DNA of 62,013 nucleotides, the filler included, from Diploschistes diacapsis (taxonomy: Eukaryota), in assembly GCA_023645945.1 (NCBI GenBank). It is 8 parts of 8 records of this genome, joined end to end, with 100 filler letters (N's around TTAATTAATTAA, not from the genome) between each part and the next. Parts side by side here need not be neighbours in the genome. Positions count along the whole stretch, not along the records: positions 46,618 to 54,267 come from JALAIB010001259.1; positions 54,368 to 62,013 come from JALAIB010001260.1; 6 more parts are not named here. One strand, written 5' to 3'. A program made the translations under genes and the position numbers. The stretch's first letter is position 1; every line of letters begins with the position of its first letter. Below, piece after piece: positions 51,841 to 62,013 of the stretch. The notes under the pieces are model-generated. The model had not been told where the DNA came from. It saw only the letters and a program-made list of their open reading frames with translations, and made no database searches.

Positions 51841-52076
51841 CAGTGGGGTGCCAAAAGTAGTTAGTTCCCCCCCATTTCTCACCAAAATTTGGTCAAAACG
51901 TCATGAAGAACTGTAAAGCATTACACATATTACACATACAGGAGGCGCCCACTGCGAAAAAAGAATGAATAAGTTAGAGCTTTAAAAAAGCTTCCTGGAT
52001 TTCTAAGGTTACAAAAGTGACTTTTTTCTGGTGAGAGACGGGGGGAACCCAACTAACTACTTTTGGCCTAGTACTG
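51841..52076. mobile_element. 236-bp Tc1/mariner-type MITE (mimp/impala-like ends)
   Basis: TA flanks at 51839-51840 and 52077-52078. Imperfect ~45-50 bp TIRs: CAGTGGGGTGCCAAAAGTAGTTAGTT / CAGTACTAGGCCAAAAGTAGTTAGTT. No ORF. Confidence 0.85.
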
Positions 52077-52344
52077 TAGCTCAGCTGCATCCTTAGCTAA
52101 TCAGCTCTCTTCGCGCTCAATAATAATACCATACCTTTGGTCTGCTGTTTCAGTATTATTTGCAGCACTATCTTCAATAAGTTTTCAGTCTTTCCTATTC
52201 CCACAACGTCGAAACTGGAGAACAGATCTTGTTCATCATGATAGAGCCTAGTTTCCCCGGTACCGACAGTCTTCACCTGTCGCAAGGCAACAACTGCAAC
52301 CAGGGCGATTCGGGAGCACCACCTGTTCCCTACCCCGGTCATAT

Positions 52345-53350
52345 ATAGTGTATCTGTTAAACTATTTAGCTCATATTTAGTTCCTATAATAATTAGTATA
52401 CATTATATATACGAACTATATTACGTTATAAGCGTGTTATTTCCGATGCATTTATATAAATTATAAAAAGTTGATTTTAAAACAAACGCGGATTAAATCC
52501 GTCTAAATAAGTATATAAAAGGCCAAATCTCTATATAAAAATACCGTAAAAGATTAAAATTAATTAAATTAAAGCTTTAAAGCCTTCTGCGCTTTAATAT
52601 AACCCCTAAAAAGCAATCATCATACCCTTTATCCAGCCTTTATATCCCTCTCGCCGTCTCTTTTTCCTCCTCTAAAGATCTTTTACCCTCGTCGTCGTTT
52701 TAAAAAAGATCCACGCCGTCGCGATAAACCTTCCTATCTTTCGAAACGCCGCCCAGTACCGCTTTTTTTTCATCTTTCGCCCCCGTTTTCGACTAATTAA
52801 CCCCTAAGCTCCTCGAAAAGATAGAAATTTATTTTATTATTATCTCGGAAGTTTATCTTATTATCTTTATCGACGGCGAGATCTTTTTTATTTTTTTTAA
52901 AATCCGCGAGCGCGTAAAAAACTAAACTTTCGTTAACGAGTATTACGTCGTCGTGAAACGTAAGTTTTAACGATTCGTTTATAAATATTACGATAAATAA
53001 ACGTTTAATATACGTAAACTAAACGAGTTTTAAAAAACACGTAAAGCCACGTATATTTATTAAAAAAATTATTTTTTCGATATCCGCGTATATAAGAAAA
53101 ACGGCGAGTATATACTCGCTGTCTATATCCTACAACATTCCTTCTTCCCTTCTAGTTCCCTCCTTCCTTCCCTCCTTCCTTCCCTTTTTCCCCCCCTTCT
53201 CTACCCTCCTTCAGCCCTTCACCACCCTACTTCTTTTTCTGCAGCCAGCCACCTAGGGTATTCCCATCCTTTTCTTCTAACGGCGACGACGTAGCGTTTC
53301 CGTTCATAAAATTAATGTTAACGACGAGACGCGCTGTAAAGGTTAATACT
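52345..53350. mobile_element. RIP-degraded transposon relic(s)
   Basis: AT-rich, TpA excess, CpA/TpG depletion with CpG retained; no intact ORF. Confidence 0.7.
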
Positions 53351-53354
53351 ATAG

Positions 53355-53517
53355 TGTGACAATAAGGCAGATAAGTGGTTATTCGGTAGCTAGATCTCTG
53401 CTAAACGATAGATGTATTAATGAAATAACTTCTAAAGAACTATCTCTATTTACGAAAACTTTATTCTTATACAAGAACACGCTAACGGGTCTTGATATAT
53501 GCTTAACATACCCCCTA
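53355..53517 (-). mobile_element. Putative 154-bp 3' LTR (53355-53508) with adjacent polypurine tract
   Basis: Minus strand reads AGGGGGTA|TGTTAAG...TGTCACA (TG...CA termini preceded by a purine tract); RIP-like composition. Confidence 0.5.
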
Positions 53518-53686
53518 ATAGCCCTTATTAGATTCTACGTATTATAATTATCTTTTCCTTTCTTAAGCTCTATCCTCAGAGCGTTTAACCCTCGTAACGT
53601 ATTTTTATTATTAATTATACGATAATAGATCTTTAACGTATCGTTAATTTTCTATATTTTGGTAATATTAATTATTAATATATAAA

Positions 53687-53811
53687 TTTGAAACGCCAGC
53701 GCAGGAAAGGATGCTACTCTACCGGGGGCTGGGCCTGATCCGGAAGGATTAGGTGTAGCTTGGGCATCTGCAGGTAAAAGGTCTCGATTCGAAAAGCTGA
53801 AGAAGAAACTA
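53687..53811 (+). repeat. ~120-bp dispersed repeat, copy 2
   Basis: AAACGCCAGCGCAG...GCCTGATCCGGAAGGATTAGG...GAAACTA; inverted match to 46917-47040. Confidence 0.9.
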
Positions 53812-53896
53812 TCTAGGTGGGAGGAGGGCACCGTTAAGTAGAGTGGGTGCCAGACCTACCGGGGTTCGGGGACTACCCATCTACACAGCCACCTCC

Positions 53897-54056
53897 TGAC
53901 CCTGCCGTGTCTTGGCAAGCACCTGGGCATTGACCCTGCCGTGTCTTGGCAAGCACCTGGGCATTAACCCTGCCGTGGTTTGGCAAGCACCTGGGCACTA
54001 ATCCTGCCGTGGCTTGGCAAACCCCTAGGCACTAACCCTGTCGTAGCTTGGCAAGC
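53897..54056. repeat. 34-bp tandem repeat x ~4.7, probably subterminal repeats of a DNA transposon starting near 53841
   Basis: Unit TGACCCTGCCGTGTCTTGGCAAGCACCTGGGCAT at 53897, 53931, 53965, 53999, 54033, followed by RIP-like AT-rich DNA. Confidence 0.9.
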
Positions 54057-54267
54057 CCAGCTTAACAGGCCCCTAAACTAGGCTATCTTACTACCCCTCT
54101 TTTTAAATATTTATGTTTCTTATAAACGCAATATTCTTTTTTAATCAATTTTTATCTAGATCTTTTTTTCTTTTTTTAATTTATTTAAAAGAATACTCGT
54201 TATTCTTTTATAGTAAATATTTCCGTTTTTTTAAATTTCTTTCAGGGTCGTTTTTAATTAAATACGC

Positions 54268-54367
54268 NNNNNNNNNNNNNNNNNNNNNNNNNNNNNNNNN
54301 NNNNNNNNNNNTTAATTAATTAANNNNNNNNNNNNNNNNNNNNNNNNNNNNNNNNNNNNNNNNNNNN
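54268..54367. other. Artificial contig spacer
   Basis: N44-TTAATTAATTAA-N44. Confidence 0.99.
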
Positions 54368-56578
54368 CTACTGGCCTACCCAAGCTACGTGTACCTGGAC
54401 CAAGACGTCTACTACTGACTCAAGGATATTGCCAAAGGAACTAACTGCAGCTCGTAAAACAATTCGTATTAACGACAACCGAGGTTCAACCGCCAGAGCA
54501 ACCTTGGAAGCAACTCCGTGTATACGTACAACAACTGTGGTCCCCCCAACGGCGCTGAATTAGTAAATTGAATCAGTCCAACAAGCTGACGGGCAAGTTG
54601 TTGCGTGAGTGAACACTGAGTTTATAACACTGGTGCCTCCGTGACCCCCCGTACTACCAGTACTATTAAAAGCAGTTACAATTCGGTGAAGTAACTCCGG
54701 GTTGCAAAACCGGGCGTAGCTTTCGGGATCCGATCCGTCATGGCAAAAGGTATTTAGCGTTCTTCAACCCGGCTACTAGTTATTTTCCAACTCGAACTAG
54801 CCGCCTCACCTGCCGAGTCATAACGTCGAGAAAACCAACTTGTTGCAAACACCGCACCAACCGTAAGGATACGCAAACTAGGCTTTATAGGAACGATGAT
54901 GAAGCTGGGCTGAAAGCCTTCGCAAATCTAGCTGCAAACTATTGCAAGGCATGTATACAACTAACGACGACAGGGAACATGGAACGTTCCATCCGCCCAG
55001 TTTTCTCGCTTCTCTCTCCGTGCATGACGGACCTGAAGCTGCGGGCCTCGGGCTGCTTGCTGGTCAGCACTTCAGGTGCAAGCATGTGGTCCGGGCCGAA
55101 AAAGGCCTGTCTACAAAAGTATTCAGTATCTAAATTGACCATGTACGGGGTCAGGGAAGCCCGATTGGTTTGTATGACGAACCCCGGAATCTCCTGCAGC
55201 GATATGGAATTGCGATTACTTGTCCAGGCAAGGAGATCCTCCTCTGGCTGGGTTATATCAACAACGTGGATACACTACAATATCGCCCGAAACTCTGACG
55301 GCTGTGATCCAGTACAGCTTATGCGGCCGTCTACCATCCCTGTAGACTCTGAGGCCCACTAGTGCCCTTTATCTTTGCTCAGGCTAGCTAATGAGAACTC
55401 CGGGAATGCCGAAACGCCAAATATAGAAGTGAAGTAAGTCTGAGAGAGGGGGTTCGACGTTCTGTAGTAGCGGAGTAAGATACAACAGAGCATACCAGCC
55501 GGAGAAAGACACCAGACGTGTGCTAATCCGACTATACGTAGATCAAGCATAGCTTAATCTAGCCATCTACCACGGAATTCACTTGATCGCCAGTGGTGCG
55601 TGTCTGATGGCTACAGTGCCTTCGCTTCAACTCAAGAAATCGATGCGACCCGTCCCTATATGCCAACATCGGTGCGGGGAAGACCGGTAGAACCAGGTCG
55701 ACAAGCGAGCTTCTTTCTTTGTTTACTTGTTGGATACCCAGACCCGTCCCCTTTCGTCACCGCCTCCTTTCCTTTTTTTTTTCCCAGGGAGAGAGGGGGG
55801 AGCAACGTCACCTTTGCAAGATGGCTCTTACCAAAATCCCTCAAGGACAGGACAGCTTCATCTGTCCACTGTTAGAACATCCAGCAGCGTCCCCCTGCCG
55901 TCCCAAATCCCGAGCTTTTGCGCTCATGCGAAAACCGCTTCCCCCCTCTTCTCGCTGGGACATTGCCCAACGTCGTCAAGCACAAGCACTCTCTGCCCGG
56001 AAAAGAGCGAGCGGAAGGTAGAACACGCGGGCAAGCCCAGGCCGAGCGACTCCGAGGGGCGCTTTCGTGTACGACGTGTTAGCTTTCAAGGGACGAGCCC
56101 AATCCCTCGCCGTACTACTATACAAACCCCTTTACCCGTCCCCACGAAAAAGTCGTCCACGAACTGAAGCACCCCGGCCCCAGGATTGCGAATTGTAATC
56201 CTGGGCTCATTCTCGGAAGGCGGTGGTGGGGGTTAATCGTAATCGCGGCGCTGGGCTGAGCTTGCCGGTGGGCGCATGGGTCTCTCTTTCTCAACAGAAA
56301 AGGAGCTGGGGAGAATCTGTTTTGCTCTTGTTGTTTTCGCTGTATTGCCGAATCGAATACGGTGTGCAGAGAGGAAGCGGGCGCTGGGCGGGGTTGGGAA
56401 GAAGAAAAAAACAGGATTGAAAGTGTAGGCTGGAAGAGAGAGGTGCGCGGGGAGATGGGGCGACGATGTTTTCAAGATTACTCTACCGACGACGACCACG
56501 ATGACCTCGTAGCACGGGCTTTTGTTTTCGTTTGAATTTTTGATTCATTTACTTCCATCTCAGGAGCCGCAGGGTCCC

Positions 56579-57610
56579 TTAGTTGCTAACACTCCCCCAC
56601 CACCTCCTCCTCAGCGCCGGGTTCTCCTCCACCGCCACCACCTTCTCCGTCCTTTGCCTCCTGCCCACCCTCCTTCCCGTCTTGATGTCCCTCCTGCTCG
56701 TGCCGCAGCACATCAACCCCAGCTGTCCGAAGGCCGCCAACAGCGCACAGCCACCGGCAATGCACGTCAGCACGAGCATCTTGGTGCCGACGGTCGGATA
56801 CATGTCCATGTCGCCGGCGTACTGGTTGATGGTGTTGCGGAAGATGGTCCATATGCCGGCGGAGATGCAGGCGGCGATGGCGGTGCAGAGGCCGGAGAGC
56901 AGGGCGAAGAGGGCGATGGGGATGGAGGAGAGCCGGCTGTAGACGGAGAGCGGGCAGAGGAAGACGCAGACGAGGGAGGAGAAGGTCGTGCAGAAGAAGC
57001 CGAGGAACATGGCGTGCGAGGCGGTCCTGATGGTGTTGAGGTAGTCGTCTACTTCGGATGGCAGTTGGACTGGAGAGAGGAAGGCGTTAGCGGATGTCTT
57101 GATGGGGGAGAAGGAAGGCAAATGGAAAAAAAGCTTACCGGTTGCGCCATCCAGAAGCTCATCCAGAAGGATCTGCACGGGATTGAACCAGTAGAAGAAC
57201 GTCGGCTTGCTGCACGCCGTGATGCCCCGGTCGTTGTAACCCTCGCAGAAGTTCCACAGCCCGACCTGGTAGAAGTCGTGCAGGCCCAGGGACTTCGCGC
57301 CCTGGCCTCCTCCCGGGGCGCTCTGCGGGATGATCTTGCTGACGTCGACCCTGAAGAACCACAGGTCCTGGATGACCTTCATGTTGGACAGGTTGCCGAT
57401 TTGCACGAGGATCAGCATGACCATCGTCACGAAGAACATGAAGGAGGTGAAGATGGCGAAGCCCCGGCGGTGGCGCGTGGCATCGCGGAGATCAGACTTG
57501 GAGAGGGTGTTGAGCGTGCTGCCGGAGAAGTTGCTGGCGGTGGGGGAGACCTGGTGCACGCCGGTCGAGCCTTGGGAGTGGCGCACGGCGTTGTAGATTG
57601 GGCCGCTCAT
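56579..57610 (-). CDS. SUR7/PalI-family tetraspan membrane protein
   Basis: TM helix, LGLHDFYQVGLWNFCEG...C.KP...YWFNPV motif, three further TMs; in-frame 69-nt intron 57070-57138. Confidence 0.9.
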   Translation of the reverse strand: MSGPIYNAVRHSQGSTGVHQVSPTASNFSGSTLNTLSKSDLRDATRHRRGFAIFTSFMFFVTMVMLILVQIGNLSNMKVIQDLWFFRVDVSKIIPQSAPGGGQGAKSLGLHDFYQVGLWNFCEGYNDRGITACSKPTFFYWFNPVQILLDELLDGATGKLFFHLPSFSPIKTSANAFLSPVQLPSEVDDYLNTIRTASHAMFLGFFCTTFSSLVCVFLCPLSVYSRLSSIPIALFALLSGLCTAIAACISAGIWTIFRNTINQYAGDMDMYPTVGTKMLVLTCIAGGCALLAAFGQLGLMCCGTSRRDIKTGRRVGRRQRTEKVVAVEENPALRRRWWGSVSN

Positions 57611-58590
57611 TGTGGGTTTGGGGGGTTTTTTTTTATAAAGCGAAGACCACCACGGCCGAGGACAAAAGAGTTAAGAGAAGAAGAGAACAGAAAGAAGAAA
57701 GAAAAAGGAAAGAGAGGTGGAAGCAGCTCCTCGACGCGTCTAGCGGAGGTTCAGATTCTTCTTAGTTAGACTTGATGTGCAAGAGGAAGGAAAGAGGGAA
57801 GTGAGCAAAGCAAGTATATTATATTGTGAAGATTAGTCTCACGGCTGCTGAACGGGGCAAATCACGTTCGCAAAGTTGGGTTGGATGTTAGGCAGGGTGC
57901 ACTTTGTCATTATTGGCGATAAGATTAAGCGTTTGTACTTTGTAGACGGTAGGTGCTGACTAGACTGTTGTTGCATGGTTGTTTCGAGACCAACAGGAGC
58001 CGGATGTTATCGGATAGAGGACCGTGAGACTTCCTCCACGAGTGCAGGAGACTTTGGGCTGGCGATGTGCTCTATGATGTTCGTGAAGCTGGAGATAGCA
58101 TCTTTTTGTAAAGTCCCGCATCGCGAAGAATACCTCCATTCTGCCGTTCGAACTATGTCCATCGAGAACGAGCATCATCGAAAGAAGCGGATGTTGGATG
58201 CAGTGAATAAGGCTGAGCACAAGGGCGTTGGTGCTCCGCTCACACAAACACATTATCTAGAAAAGGGCCCCCGGGGGGCTCGTGGGGGCCTAATCTATCT
58301 TTCTATCTTTAGCACATAATAAAACAAACCTCACTTGCCCTTGGGACTCTGTTATGTGCTTTGTTTGCTGTTCAAAACGATGCGCAATCGCATATGAGAT
58401 CCAACGACCACCGCGTAGTTGCTCTATACCAGACTCTATTCATGCCGAGGTTGCTCTCCATCACTTCCACTAGGAACAGAAGCATTTTGGGTCTCTTGAG
58501 CCAGCGACGAGTTGCCGATGTTGTTCCCGTGCCAACCTTCTTAGGGTTCGCGTCACTGATGTGAGAAGGTTGTGCAAAAATAGAGTGGAT

Positions 58591-58628
58591 GGAAAAGACG
58601 TGACTCACGTCTTTTCCGGCGTGTCTAG
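58591..58628 (+). other. Perfect 27-bp palindrome followed by CTAG|T
   Basis: GGAAAAGACGTGA-C-TCACGTCTTTTCC (58591-58617), CTAG at 58625-58628; core TGACTCA. Confidence 0.85.
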
Positions 58629-58693
58629 TTTCACGAATATCCATATATTCGACATCGTACGCATAACCACGAGTTCCTACGCGTCTGCACGCA

Positions 58694-61043
58694 ATGGCAG
58701 CTCCATCTCGGTTGGACATACTCAAATCGAAACCGATAGGCAATGGATTGGATGTCTTTCGGGCCTCTTACAACTCAAACCATGAAGACCTAGATAGTGA
58801 AGGTAACAAAACCCTTAATCTCCGGATAGGGCTATCTGACTAAAGTAGGGCCAAAAAGACTTTTACTCAATCTCGTGGTTGCTCTGTCAGGTCTTCCCGC
58901 GTCTTATCACCTACCTTCAAGCCGTGGGGGCAGGAACCTCCTCGATGATCTGATAAATCTTATGATGATAGTCAACGCCGGTGACTTCGATACCGAACCA
59001 TTAGTCCCTCTTCTTGAAGCGGTTCTTCGTAAAGAGTCCGACGATGTTATTTGGAACAAAGTCTACGCCGTCGTCACCGAAACAACACCTCCGCCCCGCC
59101 CCGTGTCGTCCATCCCTCAAACGCCATGGCTACACCACACCGGCAGCTTCGCGAACTCGACCGAATACCGCAAATACATCGACGTTGTGCTGAAGGAGGA
59201 GCTGGGAGACATATACGTTGGAATCCCCGGTTTCTTCGAAGCCTTCTTCGGAGAAGTCGCAGGTCTCGTTTCGGCGGCACAGGCTGTGTTCGACAAGTGC
59301 AAGGAAGGCGATAACCCGCTGTACCGGGAAGAGAGCGGCTGGCGGGGCTGGCCAGAAGGGGCGAAGGAAAGGGATGTCTTGAGCTGGTTTGCATCGCTTA
59401 TAGATCAGCTCTTGGACCTCGCGGAAGAGCATCAGCTAGGCTTCAGAACTCCACGCCGACCATTAGCACAACCCCATCAGCCCTTGCAAGGTTCTACCGC
59501 AGATCGCAGGCTGGATGTTGGCTTGGTGGACGACCCGGCCGCCGGTGTGGACTCGAAGTGCCGATGGTCGCAGATCCTTGTACCTGGAGAGCTCAACAGC
59601 AACCCTTTAGCCGACACGGCCTCCAAGGCGTGGCTCGATCTGGGGCGATACGCGAGGGAGGTATTTGCCGCCCAAGACAGCCGCCGCTTCGTTCTCGGCT
59701 TCACTCTCTGTGGGTCTCTCATGCGGCTCTGGGAGTTTGATCGACTGGGCGGTATTGCGTCTGACCAATTCGATGTCAACAAGGATGGACTGCAGTTCGT
59801 GTCTGCAGTGCTTGGCTTTCTCTGGATGAATGAGTGGCAGCTAGGATTCGACCCGACCATCATCGTGGCCGGGAACAAGCGGTATATTGAGATCAAGCCG
59901 GACACCGACAAAGAACGCTTCGTCATTAAAAAGGTGATAAGACGGGTGCCTTGCGTCGCCGGCCGGGGGACAACTTGTTGGCTAGTCCACCCAGAAAATG
60001 ATCCCGACACCTTGCTGGTTGTCAAAGATTCCTGGCAGTATCCAGAGCGCGAAGAGGAGGGCAAATTGCTGTACGAGGCGACTCAGAAAGGGGTGGTGAA
60101 TGTTGCTAGGTACTTCCACCACGAGACGGTTCAGGTGGGTGGTAAAGCCGACGACATCCGCACGAACGTACGGAACGGCCTGGATACGACGAAAGCGACG
60201 AACTACAAGCCGGAGAAACTGATGCCGCCGCCCAGCGCCGGACGCCGAAACTCGCGGAAAGGTGGAATCAGCGCTGCCGGGCGGAAGCGATCTTCGGGCT
60301 GCACGGGCGAGCATTTGCCGCCCAGCAAGCGCACCTGTTCGAGCTCTCCAACGAAGCCTGCGCCAGCGAACCGGGTTCATCGCCGCGTTATCACTCGCGA
60401 CTTCGGGAAGGCCATCTACAAGGCAGGCTCGCGAACGAGTCTCCTTGCCGCGCTAGAAGGCTGCATCGAAGGATATGAGTCGTTACATACGCAGGCTGGT
60501 TTGCTGCAACGCGACATCTCGCCAGATAATCTTATGGTCAATGGAGATGAAGGAAATCCCTCCTTTCCCGCGTTCTTGATCGACCTCGACCTTGCGATCA
60601 AGGAGCAGCGGGAGAAGTCTTCGGGAGCGCGAGCGAGGACTGGTACACTAGCATTCATGGCGATCGGTGTGCTTCTTGACGACGAAAACCATTCGTTCAT
60701 GCACGATCTGGAGTCGTTCTTCTGGGTACTATTCTGGATATGCATTCACTATGACGGGCCGGGCAAAGGTATTAAGGCAACTGAATTTGAATTCTGGAAC
60801 TATGAGAGTGTGCAGAAACTGGGGATATTCAAGAAGGGGCTGATTGGTAATGAAAGAGATTTCCTTGGCAGGATAACTAATAACTTCACGCCATACTATC
60901 AGCCATTGATTCCACATGTCAATAGATTGCGAAGGGTTGTTTTCCCAAGGAACGATCGGTGGGAGAAGGAAGACAGGACACTTTATTTTCGGATGAAAGA
61001 GATTCTTCGGAACGCGCAGAAGGACTTGGGGAAATCAGAGTAG
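58694..61043 (+). CDS. FunK1 (fungal-type) protein kinase
   Basis: Exon 1 MAAPSRLDILKSKPIGNGLDVFRAS, intron 58803-58848; RRFVLGFTLCGSLMRLWEFDRLGG, LGFDPTI, GRGTTCW, VVKDSWQ, RDIS..N, LIDLD, RTGT.AFMAI, HDLESFFWVL. Confidence 0.92.
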
Positions 61044-61582
61044 AAGGATAAGCAAACGCAAAAAGCATCGCTCTTGTAAAGCCGATCACTTGACTCGATT
61101 CAAACGCTAGCATTAAATAGTGATCCCAACTCCATATGTACAATGAGATCAAAGGGATAGTTCGGACAGCACGGGCTAAGTCGAAGGACATGGAGTAATC
61201 AGCTGAATGTATTAGTATATCAGTGAGCAATGTAGTTGTCATTTGTGTGATTGTAATATCTTGATTTGAAGCTATTTTGTCGCTGTAAGCACCACACATA
61301 TCTGCAAGCACCACACAGAGAGATATGTGTATAACTAACGTCCTTCCACCACGTGCCGTAAAACCCAACAGTCAATTGATGGTAGAATCCCTTTTGCAAC
61401 TCGAGATGCTGTTGATGTTAGATATTAAGAATTCTTCAAACTCTGCTCCATCTGTGCAAATCTCATGCATGAAGATCATAAGGATTGTCACCAGTTGCTG
61501 AATAGGCGTATTTGATTACTCGAAACGGTCTTGACTCTTGACTTGTGCCGGTACAAGGGGTCACAGAGCTTAAGCCACCGAA

Positions 61583-62013
61583 GACGTGTCCCCGAAAACG
61601 GGACCCAGGGAGGAAATCAGGCAAAATCACGTTGGCTCAATCCGGAAAAGGAAATTGTGTGAGAGTAGATTTCGCTCTATTTATCTTACCGCGATTAAAA
61701 AGAGAAATTGGTTTTTAATTAATCAACTTTTTATATATATTTTATATGAATTTTTATCAATTAATAAAACTGTTATGATTCGTAGCTTAAAAATTTTTTT
61801 TTTTTTAAAACGCCCCAATAATTTTATCGTAAAAAACGAATTTAATGCCGTTGGGCCGAAACGATGGCGTAAAACGATGACGAAAAAGTTTAGATTCTCG
61901 TTTCCATAAAAATATCTTCTATATTGAATATATGTAGGTTTAATTTAATCAAAAATTTAAAAATAATAATGATAATTATAATAATAATAAAATAATAATA
62001 ATAATAAAATAAT
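61583..62013. mobile_element. RIP-degraded transposon end
   Basis: GC-normal terminus GACGTGTCCCCGAAAACGGGAC... grading into TpA-rich, CpA-poor DNA and an (ATA)n-like tail. Confidence 0.6.

Noticed and set aside
53897..54056. CRISPR-like 34-bp repeats
   Set aside because: Head-to-tail with no spacers.
54800..55550. Short ORFs on both strands
   Set aside because: Fragmentary with stops; cannot assign a product.
56522..57769. 415-aa plus-strand ORF and similar long antisense ORFs in IRE1, INO80, HMT1 and CCT genes
   Set aside because: Shadows of GC3-rich coding sequence on the opposite strand or frame.

Overview
Filamentous-ascomycete (Pezizomycotina-type) genomic DNA: short GT-AG introns with CTRAY branch points and RIP-scarred AT-rich transposon relics. 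It is not one locus. Eight contigs (7686, 7679, 7675, 7661, 7660, 7656, 7650, 7646 bp, i.e. length-sorted) are joined by artificial 100-bp N44-TTAATTAATTAA-N44 spacers. Genes read: Dabb stress barrel, ISA1, DUF1741/ARMH3-like, EAF3; NHX1 3' end, INO80; TRS31, NAD kinase; AKR7-like reductase, GNAT and MFS pseudogenes, CCT7; IRE1, CCT2; an orphan, HMT1; WW-domain, BYS1-like and BLI-3-like genes among TE relics; SUR7/PalI and a FunK1 kinase. Main finding: the ORF-less interval between NHX1 and INO80 holds, on the minus strand, a candidate telomerase RNA gene. Read by eye, it has a core-enclosing helix, template-boundary hairpin, template UAACCACUAAC, pseudoknot, CR4/5-like three-way junction and a 3' splice-site signature. 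The template predicts a non-canonical 7-nt telomere repeat, TTAGTGG. All calls come from manual reading; no searches were run.
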